This document shows positions 25,220 through 37,640 of a DNA stretch of 64,000 bases, in pieces (the stretch's first letter is position 1; each line of letters begins with the position of its first letter). This DNA is from Veleropilina oligotropha. Lineage: Eukaryota. The stretch lies in contig JBEUKZ010000054.1 of NCBI GenBank assembly GCA_048128005.1, forward strand, positions 620,001-684,000. The letters run 5' to 3'. Position numbers and translations under genes: made by a program. Below the pieces are notes generated by a model. The model was not told the DNA's origin. It searched no databases and worked only from the letters and a program-made list of their open reading frames with translations.

Positions 25220-25743
25220 GTGCCATCGTGGCTCAGTGGGTTGTTCACAGGACTTTGGTCACAGAGTCTCGCGTTCGCCCCCAAAGCTCGGCGATTTCAC
25301 TTGGGCAAGGAAATAAGCATATATTTGCCTCGGTCCACCCAGACGATCTGAATGGGTACCTGGTTGGCAGTTATGTAAGTCACGGCGCTACTCGCGTGTA
25401 AATGACTGTAATGCTCCCAGAGGGAGTTGAGGTGGCATATCGAGTGGAAGAGGCCAATAACCAGGGGTAATAATGTTCAGCGCTTTGAGACACTAGCGTA
25501 ATAAAGCGCTATATAAGACCGGAGTATTATTATTTATTTCGGTCCACCCAGCCGATCTGAATGGGTACCTGGTTGGCAGTTATGTAAGTCACAGCGCTAC
25601 TCGCGTGTAAATGACTGTAATGCTCCCAGAGGGAGTTGAGATGGCATATCGAGTAGAACAGGCCCATAACCAGGGGTAATAATGTTCAGCGCATTGAGAC
25701 ACTAGCGTAATAATGCGCTATATAAGACCGGAGTATTATTATT
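25220..25743 (+). mobile_element. tRNA-derived SINE (Nin/Deu-like central domain, (ATT)n tail) with a tandemly duplicated 3' half
   Basis: A-box tggctcagtgg, B-box-like gttcg, cttgggcaag...tccacccag...aatgggtacc, tail gcgctatataag...tattattatt; 25539-25743 repeats the 3' ~205 bp. Confidence 0.8.
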
Positions 25744-27857
25744 AAAACAGCCCCACTATATACAGCTAGCTTGCCTGTTTATATACAGCCCCACTATATA
25801 TAGCTAGCTTGCCTGTTTATATACAGCCCCACTATATACAGCTAGCTTGCCTGTTTATATACAGCCCACTATATACAGCTAGCTTGCCTGTTTATAAAAC
25901 AGCCCCACTATATACGGCTAACTTGCCTATTTATAAAACAGCCCCACTATATACAGCTAGCTTGCTTGTTTATAAAACAGCCCCACTATATACAGCTAGC
26001 TTGCCTGTTTATAAAACCGCCCCACTATATACAGCTAGCTTGCCTGTTTATATACAGCCCCACTATATACAGCTAGCTTGCCTGTTTATAAACAGCCCAC
26101 TATATATAGCTAGCTTGCCTGTTTATAAACAGCCCACTATATACAGCTAGCTTGCCTGTTTATAAAACAGCCCCACTGTATACAGCTAGCTTGCCTGTTT
26201 ATAAAACAGCCCCACTGGATACAGCCCCACTACATACAGCTAGCTTGCCTGTTTATAAAACAGCCCCACTATATGCAGCTAGCTTGCCTCTTTATAAAAC
26301 AGCCCCACTGGATACAGCCCCACTACATACAGCTAGCTTGCCTGTTTATAAAACAGCCCCACTATATATAGCTAGCTTGCCTGTTTATAAAACAGCCCCA
26401 CTATATACAGCTAGCTTGCCTGTTTATAAAACAGCCCCACTATATACAGCTAGCTTGCCTGTTTATAAACAGCCACACTATGTATAGCTAGCTTGCCTGT
26501 TATAAAACAGCCCCACTATATACAGCTAGCTTGCCTGTTGATAAAACAGCCCCACTATATACAGCTAGCTTGCCTGTTTATAAAACAGCCCCACTATATA
26601 CAGCTAGCTTGCCTGTTTATAAAACAGCCCCACTATATATAGCTAGCTTGCCTATTTACAAAACAGCCCCACTATATATAGCTAGCTTGCCTGTTTATAA
26701 AACAGCCCCACTATATACAGCTAGCTTGACTGTTTATAAAACAGCCCCACTATATACAGCTAGCTTGCCTGTTTATAAAACAGCCCCACTATATATAGCT
26801 AGCATGCCTGTTTATAAACAGCCCACTATATACAGCTAGCTTGCCTGTTTATATACAGCCCACTATATACAGCTAGCTTGACTGTTTATAAAACAGCCCC
26901 ACTATATATAGCTAGCTTGCCTGTTTATAAAACAGCCCACTATATATAGCTAGCTTGCCTGTTTATAAAACAGCCCACTATATACAGCTAGCTTGCCTGT
27001 TTATATACAGCCCCACTATATACAGCTAGCTTGCCTGTTTATAAAACAGCCCCACTATATACAGCTAGCTTGCCTGTTTATAAAACAGCCCCACTATATA
27101 TAGCTAGCTTGCCTGTTTATAAACAGCCCCACTATATACAGCTAGCTTGCCTGTTTATAAAACAGCCCCACTATATATAGCTAGCGTGCCTGTTTATAAA
27201 ACAGTCCAACTATATACAGCTAGCTTGCCTGTTTATAAAACAGCCCCACTATATACAGCTAGCTTTTGCCTGTTTATAAAACAGCCCCACTATATACAGC
27301 TAGCTTGCCTGTTTATAAAACAGCCCCACTATATACAGCTATCTTGCCTGTTTATAAAACTTCCCCACTATATATAGCTAGCTTGCCTGTTTATAAAACA
27401 GCCCCATTATATATAGCTAGCTTGCCTGTTTATAAAACAGCCCCTCTATATACAGCTAGCTTGCCTGTTTATAACAGCCCCTCTATATATAGCTAGCTTG
27501 CCTGTTTATAAAACAGCCCCACTATATATAGCTAGCTTGCCTGTTTATAAAACAGCCCCACTATATACAGCTAGCTTGCCTGTTTATAAAACAGCCCCTC
27601 TATATACAGCTAGCTTGCCTGTTTATAAAACAGCCCCACTATATACAGCTAGCTTGCCTGTTTATAAACAGCCCCACTATATACAGCTAGCTTGCCTGTT
27701 TATAAACAGCCCCACTATATACAGCTAGCTTGCCTGTTTATAAAACAGCCCCTCTATATACAGCTAGCTTGCCTGTTTATAAAACAGCCCCACTATATAC
27801 AGCTAGCTTGCCTGTTTATAAAACAGCCCCACTATATACAGCTAGCTTGCCTGTTTT
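25744..27857. repeat. 38/39-bp satellite, block 3
   Basis: Same unit; ends ~340 bp from the exon 11 donor. Confidence 0.98.
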
Positions 27858-28195
27858 CCACTTCCCATCATTTCTTTAGTTGTGGTGTCCATTATTCTCA
27901 CTATGAAATTATTTTGTTAGTTCCTGGCATTATCAATGAAAGTATCAGGCAACATTCATATGCTGACATTGTCTTTTTATTATCTCTCTATTTTAAAATG
28001 AAACTATATCGAGGGATTGTTAAATGATTACAAATTGAAAGCAGCAAATGTCTGTAATGTGGTGCGCACATGTCATGTCATATTCCTAGTATTTCCAGCA
28101 TCAACAGAAAACATTTGTAATAGGCTTCTATTCTCAAAAATAAAATAAAATTTAAATTAAACTCAAGTGCCTAATTGTTTACAGGTTTCTCTTAC

Positions 28196-28354
28196 CCTGA
28201 ATCGACGGCGAGCGTTGAATTCCTTGAGTTTGTCGTGGACTTGTACCATGTGTTCGCTCTTAGCGGCCAGACCCCTCACCCACGGATGACAGAGAGCCTG
28301 GGCAGGCGTCAACCGCTTCTTTGGGTCCAGAACGAGCAATTTCCTGATAAGGTC
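28196..28354 (-). CDS. CAMK4: CaMKIV-like exon 11 (DLIRKLLVLDPKKRLTPAQALCHPWV...KLKEFNARRRFR)
   Basis: ttttag/gtaaga boundaries; end of the kinase domain plus the FNARR autoinhibitory/calmodulin-binding segment. Confidence 0.93.
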
Positions 28355-28384
28355 CTAAAAGGAATAACGTTACTCATCAGAATG

Positions 28385-29945
28385 AAGCCCTACAGTTAGC
28401 CAATGATATTGCTTCATTATATAACTGTTATTCATCCTACAGTTAGCCAATGATATTGCTTCATTATATAACTGTTATTCACCCTAAAGTTAGCAAATGA
28501 TATTGCTTCATTATATAACTGTTATTCATCCTACAGTTAGCCAATGATATTGCTTCATTATATAACTGTTATTCACCCTAAAGTTAGCAAATGATATTGC
28601 TTCATTATATAACTGTTATTCATCCTACAGTTAGCCAATGATATTGCTTCATTATATAACTGTTATTCACCCTAAAGTTAGCAAATGATATTGCTTCATT
28701 ATATAACTGTTATTCATCCTACAGTTAGCCAATGATATTGCTTCATTATATAACTGTTATTCACTCTACAGTTAGCCAATGATATTGCTTCATTATATAA
28801 CTGTTATTCACCCTAAAGTTAGCAAATGATATTGCTTCATTATATAACTGTTATTCATCCTACAGTTAGCCAATGATATTGCTTCATTATATAACTGTTA
28901 TTCACTCTACAGTCTGCCAATGTGAATGATATTGCTTCATTATATAACTGTTATTCACCCTACAGTTAGCCAATGATATTACTTCATTATATAACTGTTA
29001 TTCAACCTACAGTTAGCCAATGATATTGCTTCATTATATAACTGTTATTCATCCTACAGTTAGCCAATGATATTGCTTCATTATATAAGCGCAGTGGGTA
29101 AGAGTGTCCACTCTAAATTCACTGGCTTGATTCCGCTAATGCGAACAGTCGTGGGTTCAATACCTGGCTGAGGCATTGAAATTTGTTCAAGTTATGAATC
29201 ACAATTGTCCATGACTGGCCGAAGAGGGCGGGTTTACCAGGGCGCCGGGGTTTCCTCCCGCGATAACACGGACATGTCCTGCCTTGAACCTCGATGTTGT
29301 AAATATACAGGACATTAAGCACCATTCCTCCTCCTCATTATATAACTGTTATCCACCCTACAGTTAGCCAATGATATTGCTTCATTATATAACTGTTATT
29401 CACCCTACAGTTAGCCAATGATATTGCTTCATTATATAACTGTTATTCACCCTACAGTTAGCCAATGATATTGCTTCATTATATAACTGTTATTCACCCT
29501 AAAGTTAGCCAATGATATTGCTTCATTATATAACTGTTATTCACCCTACAGTTAGCCAATGATATTGCTTCATTATATAACTGTTAATCATGTTGAACGT
29601 ATCTGAATGAGGCCCTACAGTTAGCAATGATATTGCTTCATTATAAAACTGTTATTCACCCTACAGTTAGCCAATGATATTGCTTCATTATAGAACTGCT
29701 ATTCACACTACAGTTAGCCAATGATATTGCTTCATTATATAACTGTTATTCATCATACAGTTAGCCAATGATATTGTTTCATTATATAACTGTTATTCAT
29801 CCTACAGTTAGCCAATGATATTGCTTCATTATGTAACTGTTATTCATCCTACAGTTAGCCAATGATATTGCTTCATTATATAACTGTTATTCACTCTACA
29901 GTTTAATAGTCAATTATATTACTTCATTATATAACTGTTATTCAT
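28385..29945. repeat. ~47-bp minisatellite (ctacagttagccaatgatattgcttcattatataactgttattcacc), interrupted by a SINE
   Basis: Tandem array beginning ~30 bp from the exon 11 acceptor. Confidence 0.95.
29088..29335 (+). mobile_element. tRNA-derived SINE, second family
   Basis: A-box-like agcgcagtgg, B-box gggttcaatacc, (cct)n tail; diverged copy on the minus strand at ~32730-32935. Confidence 0.7.
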
Positions 29946-29964
29946 GTGGAACGTAGCTGAAAGT

Positions 29965-30243
29965 GAGTCGACTCTGGTGGTAGAGTTTCACGTTCGCTTC
30001 CCGGTCTTGGCGATTTCACTTGGACAATGAAATAAGCATACTTTTGCTTCAGTCCACCTAGCGATATAAATGGATACCTGGTTGGCAGCTATGCAAGTCT
30101 GTAATGTTCCCTGAGGGAGTTTAGATGGCATATCGAGTGGAATAGGTCCAAAATTAGGGGTAATATTAAACAACGCTCAGCACTTGGAGACATTAGCGAA
30201 ATAATGCGCTAAATAAGACCTTTAGAGTATTATTATTATTATT
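29965..30243 (+). mobile_element. Diverged copy of the Nin/Deu-like SINE
   Basis: Colinear similarity to 25220-25535 (gcgatttcacttgg, tccacc, tacctggttggcag, tggcatatcgagtggaa, (att)n tail). Confidence 0.75.
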
Positions 30244-30453
30244 GTTGTGATGCAGCGATAGAGATTTGCTGCATAATCGCTTTAAAATAGGCGGTTATAT
30301 CGAGGCGGCTGTGCAATAACAAATTAATACATGAGGGGAAGGATGCCAAATTATGTAAAAATGTTCTTTTTTTGAAGCTCCAACATTGTCAATTTACGTA
30401 TGTATACAACCACTAAACTTGGAAACACGCCTTATCCTATAAACATGGCTCAC

Positions 30454-30571
30454 CTTAGCGTTTTCACCAATATCGTCCCACCAAGGTGAATCGAACTGAT
30501 ATCTACATTTCAGGATATTTGCAAACATACGGGTGTCCTTTTCTGCCCAAAACGGTTCATATCCGCTCAAT
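30454..30571 (-). CDS. CAMK4: CaMKIV-like exon 10 (LSGYEPFWAEKDTRMFANILKCRYQFDSPWWDDIGENAK)
   Basis: tttcag/gtgagc boundaries; G.EPF and SPWWD motifs. Confidence 0.93.
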
Positions 30572-30699
30572 CTGAAAGCCATAAAAGAGTTTAATAATTA
30601 GTCATCTGACATCATACCACTCTATAATTATTCTGATGCTGCAGAAAACATTTTGTAAACCGTCTGAATATTCTTGTACCCATATATAATTATAATAGA

Positions 30700-31625
30700 G
30701 GCTGTCTGTACTCACAATATGTACGCTATGAAACACACACGGAGGTCTGTACTCACAATATGTATGCTATGAAACACACACGGAGGTCTGTACTCACAAT
30801 ATGTATGCGATGAAACGCACACAGAGGTCTGTACTCACAATATGTATGCTATGAACCACACACGGCGGTCTGTACTCACAATAAGTATGCAGTGAAACAT
30901 ACTCACAATATGAACCACACACGGCGGTCTGTACTCACAATATGTATGCAGTGAAACATACTCACAATATGAACCACACACAGCGGTCTGTACTCACAAT
31001 ATGTATGTAGTGAAACATACTCACAATATGAACCACACATGGTGGTCTGTATTCACAATATGTATGCTATGAAACACACAAGGCGGTCTGTACTCACAAT
31101 ATGTATGCTATGAAACACACAAGGTGGTCTGTACTCACAATATGAACCACACAAGGCGGTCTGTACTCACAATATGTATGCAGTGAAACATACTCACATT
31201 ATGAACCACACATGGTGGTCTGTACTCACAATATGTATGCTATGAACCACACACGACGGTCTGTACTCACAATATGTATGCGATGAAACACACAAGGCGG
31301 TCTGTACTCACAATATGTATGCTATGAAACACACAAGGTGGTCTGTACTCACAATATGAACCACACAAGGCGGTCTGTACTCACAATATGTATGCGATGA
31401 AACACACAAGGCGGTCTGTACTCACAATATGTATGCAGTGAAACATACTCACAATATCAACCACACACGGCGGTCTGTACTCACAATATGAACCACACAC
31501 GGCAGTCGGTACTGACAATATGAACCACACACGGCGGTCGGTACTCACAATATGAAACACACACAGCGGTTGGTACTCCTTACAATATGAAAAACACACA
31601 GCGGTCGGTACTCACAATATATAAG
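30700..31625. repeat. Composite minisatellite built on the exon 9 donor junction
   Basis: Core plus-strand gtactcacaatatg = minus-strand catatt|gtgagtac, matching the real ATATT|gtgagtac junction. Confidence 0.9.
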
Positions 31626-31691
31626 CGATGACGCCCACGCTCCACATGTCGACGGCCTTGCCATACTTCTGACCAATCAGAACTTCCGGTG
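31616..31691 (-). CDS. CAMK4: CaMKIV-like exon 9 (APEVLIGQKYGKAVDMWSVGVIAYIL)
   Basis: ttcag/gtgagt boundaries; APE and DMWSVG motifs. Confidence 0.93.
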
Positions 31692-31921
31692 CTGAATTGA
31701 GATAACAAGCCAACTATTAACCCTTTGAACACCGGGGTACCACTATTTCCGTAATTTACATATCACATTATTATATGATTTATAGGGAACCAGGGTTCAA
31801 GCGGTTAATCATTAAATTTTCAAACTGTTCAATACTGCAGTTACCATGATGATGAATCTATGACAACAGAGAAGCGGTGCATTCCACACAATTTCTAACA
31901 ATTTATAATTATAGTTCTTAA

Positions 31922-32291
31922 AGAGACTATTGCCCGTAAATGCGCTATTTCTTTTTTAAGAAAAAAACTAACCACATTACACTTTTTGTTTATACACACA
32001 CATGTAACATAAAAAGTTAGGAATTTCGTCAGTAAATTGCTTCCATTTAAATTAATCGCTACTGAATATTTAAAAATAATTAAAAGCGTTAATGACCTCA
32101 CACCGAGTGCATTTCCAATTGACCTAGTTGGAGCACAGTTGCAATAATAATTTCAATAAAAGTCTATCATTTGATCATATATCGATCATATCTTCGTGAA
32201 ATTTGTATCAATCTGCGCGAACCGTGAGATAGAGGCTGATCAGTCATGCTACACAGTCACGAAAAGAGCACATTTACGGGCAATAGTCTTT
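31922..32291. mobile_element. Kolobok-like MITE, opposite orientation to 376-699
   Basis: Same TIRs and TTAA flanks; interior is the reverse complement of the first copy. Confidence 0.7.
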
Positions 32292-32729
32292 TTAACATAA
32301 TCTCAAATGCCTGTATGTACAATTGACAAATAATTCTTTGTGCAGAATTTGTCCAAATTTGAACGAAGATACATACCATCGTAGCGTAGTTATATATGAC
32401 ATCATGAGTTGTCACATGCATTTGACAGATATATTTTACTTATAAGTTTATGCATAATGGATATAATACTGTATTACATGACATATATAGGAAAGGTATT
32501 CATTACAAAGTCAAAATATACAGTGCTTATTTAAATGGGAGTTGACTTCATTGTATACTTTAGTGAGGTCGGTATATATGCTGCTTATACATGACTAGGA
32601 AAGGCTATGAAATACAAAGAAACTAGTATAGAGTACAGTATGAATTCCAAAGTAAACAACGACCTGTGACCGATATTTTCACTTGAGACATCATTTGAGA
32701 TTATTTTGAAGAGGACATAAAAGGATCAA

Positions 32730-32935
32730 TGCTTAATATCCTGTACATTTCCAACCATTAGGTTCAAGGCAAACCCGATTTCTCCGACCAGTTATGTACA
32801 ACTGTGATTCATAACTTGAACAAATAATGTCTTGTCCCAACCGAGATTCGAACCCACTACTGTTCGTGTCATTGGAATCAAGCCAGTGAATATCGGAGTC
32901 TGCAACTGAAACCACACGATTGTCAGAGCGGCTTA
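32730..32935 (-). mobile_element. Diverged copy of the second SINE family
   Basis: Reverse complement shares ttcactggcttgattcc, gaacagt.gtgggttc, tttgttcaagttatgaatcaca and gccttgaacct with 29088-29335. Confidence 0.7.
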
Positions 32936-33274
32936 TTTTGAAGAGGAAATATGATATAGAATCGTCCAAATATATGTAAAGAGAAAGGTCAAGAAAATTC
33001 CTTATAACATTTTCAGTTAAATTTCCCTTCAATATCACAGACAAATAAAATTAGGATGAACAGTACGATTTTATAAATATTGCTCAATTTTTTCATCAGT
33101 CATTAAAATGATGATGAATGTTGTCATAAAAACTCATGAAAAATGAGGCTGATATAAATACTAAGAATATCAAGACAACATTTTCTAAATTGTTTATATT
33201 TCATTCCGTTTCACTCTATTTTCATCTATTTGATAACACAGTGCCCCCTCCCCCTGCGTCCGCATTTTATGGTC

Positions 33275-34157
33275 CCCCCATGTGAATGACGCCACTGACA
33301 TGCACCTACCACAGTAGCCAGGTGCCCCATGTGAATGATGCTACTAACATGTACCTACCACAGTAACCAGGTCCCCCATGTGAATGACGCTACTGACATG
33401 TACCTATCACAGTAGCCAGGTCCCCCATGTGAATGATGCTACTGACATGTACATACCACAGTAGCCAGGTCCCCCATGTGAATGACGCTACTGACATGTA
33501 CATACCACAGTAGCCAGGTCCACCATGTGAATGATGCTACTGACATGTACATACCACAGTAGCCAGGTCCCCCATGTGAATGACGCTACTGACATGTACA
33601 TACCACAGTAGCTAGGTCCCCCATGTGAATGATGCTACTGACATGTACATACCACAGTAGCCAGGTCCCCCATGTGAATGATGCTACTGACATGCACCTA
33701 CCACAGTAGCCAGGTCCCCCATGTGAATGACGCTACTGACGTGTACCTACCACAGTAGCCAGGTCCCCCATGTGAATGATGCTACTGACATGTACATACC
33801 ACAGTAGCCAGGTCCCCCATGTGAATGACGCCACTGACATGTACCTACCACAGTAGCCAGGTCCCCCAAGTGAATGACGGTACTGACATGCACCTACCAC
33901 AGTAGCCAGGTCCCCCATGTGTCGGTACTGACATGGAACTACCACATTAACCAGGTCCCCCATGTGAATGACGCCACTGACATGTACATACCACAGTAGC
34001 CAGGTCCCCCATGTGAATGACGCTATACTGATATGCACCTACCACAGTAGCCAGGTCTCCCATGTGAATGACGCGATACTGACATGTACATACCACAGTA
34101 GCCAGGTCCCCCATGTGAATGATGCTATACTGACATGCACATACCACAGTAGCCAGG
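33275..34157. repeat. ~49-52-bp minisatellite built on the exon 8 donor junction
   Basis: Each unit carries minus-strand CCTGGCTACTGTG|gtatgt or gtaggt. Confidence 0.93.
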
Positions 34158-34219
34158 CGTACCGCACACCGTGTACATAGTTACGTCGGGACCAATTATT
34201 TTGGAGAGACCAAAATCAG
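34145..34219 (-). CDS. CAMK4: CaMKIV-like exon 8 (ADFGLSKIIGPDVTMYTVCGTPGYC; activation loop)
   Basis: tttcag/gtatgt boundaries; DFG and T-VCGTPGY motifs. Confidence 0.93.
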
Positions 34220-34352
34220 CTGAAAAACAAAAATTAAATTTAAACTAAACAGTTATCAACAACAATAAACACACTAGTATTAAAGAATATAATTTTATTT
34301 CAAAACGAAAATTATGAGTTTTATCCATTCACAACATACTACAGGATCTTAC

Positions 34353-34404
34353 CAATTTTCAGCTTAGAATCATCAGATAAATTTTCAAACAGCAAATTTT
34401 CAGG
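34353..34404 (-). CDS. CAMK4: CaMKIV-like exon 7 (PENLLFENLSDDSKLKI)
   Basis: tttcag/gtaag boundaries; continues HRDVK-PENLL. Confidence 0.92.
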
Positions 34405-35146
34405 CTGAAAATACAATCAAAAGGGACATAAATTAATACACGATACTAAGGCCAACATATAAAATTAATTTTTAGAATCTCAGGCACTTTTTGAAAAAGG
34501 TTTTGTTTCATTTCATGATGGCGGTTTTTACAATTTTTTTTTAATGCGGCTCTACATTTTCATATAAATTTTACTTGAATATTTTTTACTTTTGCAATAA
34601 AAAAGATTGACACGCATCGAAAATTGCGATGCCTGATGTGCACGAGGATCAAAACATTAACTTAACGTAATTTTATGCAGCTTAAGGTTTCCTCACAATA
34701 TCTTGCATATCTTGGATGCACTTCGTAGAAAAAAATACTATTTATTACATCATTACACATCTCAAGTCCGTCATGTTTGTTTGATTGGTCGACACCAACT
34801 GTGACGTTATTAATATGCTTGGAAACTTGAAAATTGAAAGGCATAAAACGCTAATAAATATGTTATCCTGCATCTTCACATTTGCTACTAATGTTATCCT
34901 GTGCGCTATGAAAATATCACAGGATAGTTGTCCATATCAAACCGGATATCATTAATTAAATGTTGTTAATTAATTAAAAGCCTACATGTGCAGTTAAACA
35001 TCTCGGTGCTACGTGCCTCATAGTTTATCTACAGGCTTCTCTGATAAGACAACTAAATTCATGGTATATCATATAATTTTTAGATTCAAGACTTAGATCC
35101 TCATTAAATAAATTATGCAGTAAATTAAAATTGTGTTTTAACATAC

Positions 35147-35185
35147 CTTCACATCTCTGTGAACCACATCATTATCGTGAAGATA
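35147..35185 (-). CDS. CAMK4: CaMKIV-like exon 6 (YLHDNDVVHRDVK; catalytic loop)
   Basis: tttcag/gtatgt boundaries; HRD motif. Confidence 0.92.
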
Positions 35186-35317
35186 CTGAAAAAGCGAAGA
35201 AAATTAATTCACAATTGTATTGTAATAATTATTTGTAATTATCTACTTTTCATCAAGGGAAAGGCTGATATGACGTGTATCATTAACGAATCATAAAACA
35301 AATGGTGAAAAGAAATG

Positions 35318-35678
35318 GGCTTCTTCATTCTTCGTCGTACTCAAGCTTCTTCATTCTTCGTCGTTCTCAAGGCTTCTTCATTCTTCGTTGTACTCAAGGC
35401 TTCTTCATGCTTTGTCATACTCAAGGCTTCTTCATTCTTCGTCGTACTCAAGGATTCTTGATTCTTCGTCGTACTCAAGGCTTCTTCATTCTTCGTCGTA
35501 CTCGAGGCTTCTTCATTCTTCTTCATACTCAATGCTTCTTCATTCTTCGTCGTACTCGAGGCTTCTTCATTCTTCTTCGTACTCAAGGCTTCTTCATTCT
35601 TCGTCGTACTCAAGGCTTCTTCATTCTTCGTCGTACTCAAGGCTTCTTCATTCTTCTTCGTGCTCAAGGCTTCTTCTT
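35318..35678. repeat. 27-bp minisatellite (actcaaggcttcttcattcttcgtcgt)
   Basis: About 13 tandem units; produces 9-aa periodic spurious ORFs. Confidence 0.95.
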
Positions 35679-35789
35679 TGTTTCGTGGTTATAATCCATC
35701 CGACAAGTTTTATCATAAAATAGCAAAGGTACTCTCAGATATTGTTCAGGAGGACATCACAATAGCAACAGAGGGGTATAAAAGTGTTG

Positions 35790-36070
35790 TGTAAGATGCA
35801 CCCTGTGAATTAGTTAAGTTGCGTTAATACGTTCACAGTGGTCAGTATGTAAGATATGCTCTGTGAATCGGTAACGTTACGATAATATGTTCACAGAGGT
35901 CAGTGTGTGAGACGTACCCTGTGGACGTTTATTTAATCAGTACCTTGACACCGCGGTCAGTGTGTGGGACGTACCCTGTGGACGTTTATTTAATCAGTAC
36001 ATTGACAGCGGTCATTGTGTGAGACGTACCCTGTGATCATTTATCTAATTAATACCTTGACCGCAGTCAG
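35790..36070. repeat. Degenerate ~56-59-bp tandem repeat overlapping the exon 5 donor
   Basis: taccttgac..gc.gtcag and gacgtaccctgtg recur. Confidence 0.7.
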
Positions 36071-36128
36071 AATCTGTTCCAGGCAGTGAGCAGCATCTTT
36101 CTCTGTATATGATCCCCGATCAACAATT
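36056..36128 (-). CDS. CAMK4: CaMKIV-like exon 5 (IVDRGSYTEKDAAHCLEQILTAVK)
   Basis: ttag/gtatt boundaries; in phase with neighbours; G.Y.E.DA motif. Confidence 0.92.
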
Positions 36129-36244
36129 CTAAAATGGTAATTATTTTGTTATAAAAATATCATAACAGTCTACAATTAATTATGATGTAGACATTATAAC
36201 ATGTCTGCCAAACTGCGTTAATAAAATATGCAATACAAGTTATA

Positions 36245-37640
36245 TCATCCCATTACTGCATGTGTCCACGGTGCATTGGCAGTGGGCGTGGCTCTCAATA
36301 CCATCAATCATCCCATTACTGCATGCGTCTGGTGCATTGGAAGTGGGGCGTAGCTCTCAATCCCATCAATCATCCCATTACTGCATGCGTCCGCGGTGCA
36401 TTGGCAGTGGGGTGTGGCTCTCAATCCCATCAATCATCCTATTACTGCATGCGTCCACGGTGCCTTGGCAGTGGGGTGTGGCTCTCAATCCCATCAATCA
36501 TCCTATTACTGCATGCGTCCACGGTGCATTGGCAGTGGGGTGTGGCTCTCAATCCCATCAATCATCCCATTACTGCATGCGTCCGTGGTGCATTGGCAGT
36601 GGGGTGTGGCTCTCAATCCTATCAATCATCCTATTACTGCATGCGTCCACGGTGCATTGGCAGTGGACGTGGCTCTCAATCCCATCAATCATCCCATTAC
36701 TGCATGCGTCCGTGGTGCATTGGCAGTGGACGTGGCTCTCAATCCCATCAATCATCCTATTACTGCATGCGTCCGTGGTGCATTGGCGGTGGGGTGTGGC
36801 TCTCAATCCCATCAATCATCCTATTACTGCATGCGTCCGCGGTGCATTGGCAGTGGGGTGTGGCTCTCAATCCCATCAATCATCCTATTACTGCATGCGT
36901 CCACGGTGCATTGGCAGTGGGGTGTGGCTCTCAATCCCATCAATCATCCTATTACTGCATGCGTCCACGGTGCATTGGCAGTGGGGTGTGGCTCTCAATC
37001 TCATCAATCATCCTATTACTGCATGCGTCCACGGTGCATTGGCAGTGGGGTGTGGCTCTCAATCCTATCAATCATCCCATTACTGCATGCGTCTGGTGCA
37101 TTGGCAGTGGGGCGTGGATCTCAATCCCATCAATCATCCCATTACTGTATGTGTCCGCGGTGCATTGGCAGTGGGGTGTGGCTTTCAATCCTATCAATCA
37201 TCCCATTACTGCATGTGTCTGGTGCATTGGCAGTGGGGTGTGGCTCTCAATCCTATCAATCATCCCATTACTGCATGCGTCCGCGGTGCATTGTCAGTGA
37301 GGCGTGGCTCTCAATCCCATCAATCATCCCATTACTGCATGTGTCCGCGGTGCATTGGAAGTGGGGCGTAGCTCTCAATCCCATCAATCATCTCATTACT
37401 GCATGTGTCCGCGGTGCATTGGCAGTGGGGTGTGGCTCTCAATCCCATCAATCATCCCATTACTGCATGTGTCCGCGGTGCATTGGCAGTGGGGTGTGGC
37501 TCTCAATCCCATCAATCATCCCATTACTGCATGTGTCCGCGTTTCATTGGCAGTGGGGTGTGGCTCTCAATCCTATCAATCATCCCATTACTGCATGCGT
37601 CCGCGGTGCATTGGCAGTGGGGCGTGGCTCTCAATCCCGT
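36245..37640. repeat. 64-bp minisatellite
   Basis: Unit catcccattactgcatgcgtccgcggtgcattggcagtggggtgtggctctcaatcccatcaat. Confidence 0.96.

Noticed and set aside
25220..25295. Functional tRNA gene
   Set aside because: Only A/B-box remnants, continuing into a SINE body and tail.
2498..27728. Dozens of PVYKTAPLYTASL repeat ORFs up to 340 aa
   Set aside because: By-product of a 39-bp stop-free unit; 38-bp units frameshift it at random, most starts are non-ATG, and it is intronic antisense.
28175..28399. 74-aa plus-strand ORF
   Set aside because: Antisense shadow of kinase exon 11.
35302..35723. STTKNEEAL / SSSYSRLLH repeat proteins
   Set aside because: 27-bp minisatellite inside intron 5.
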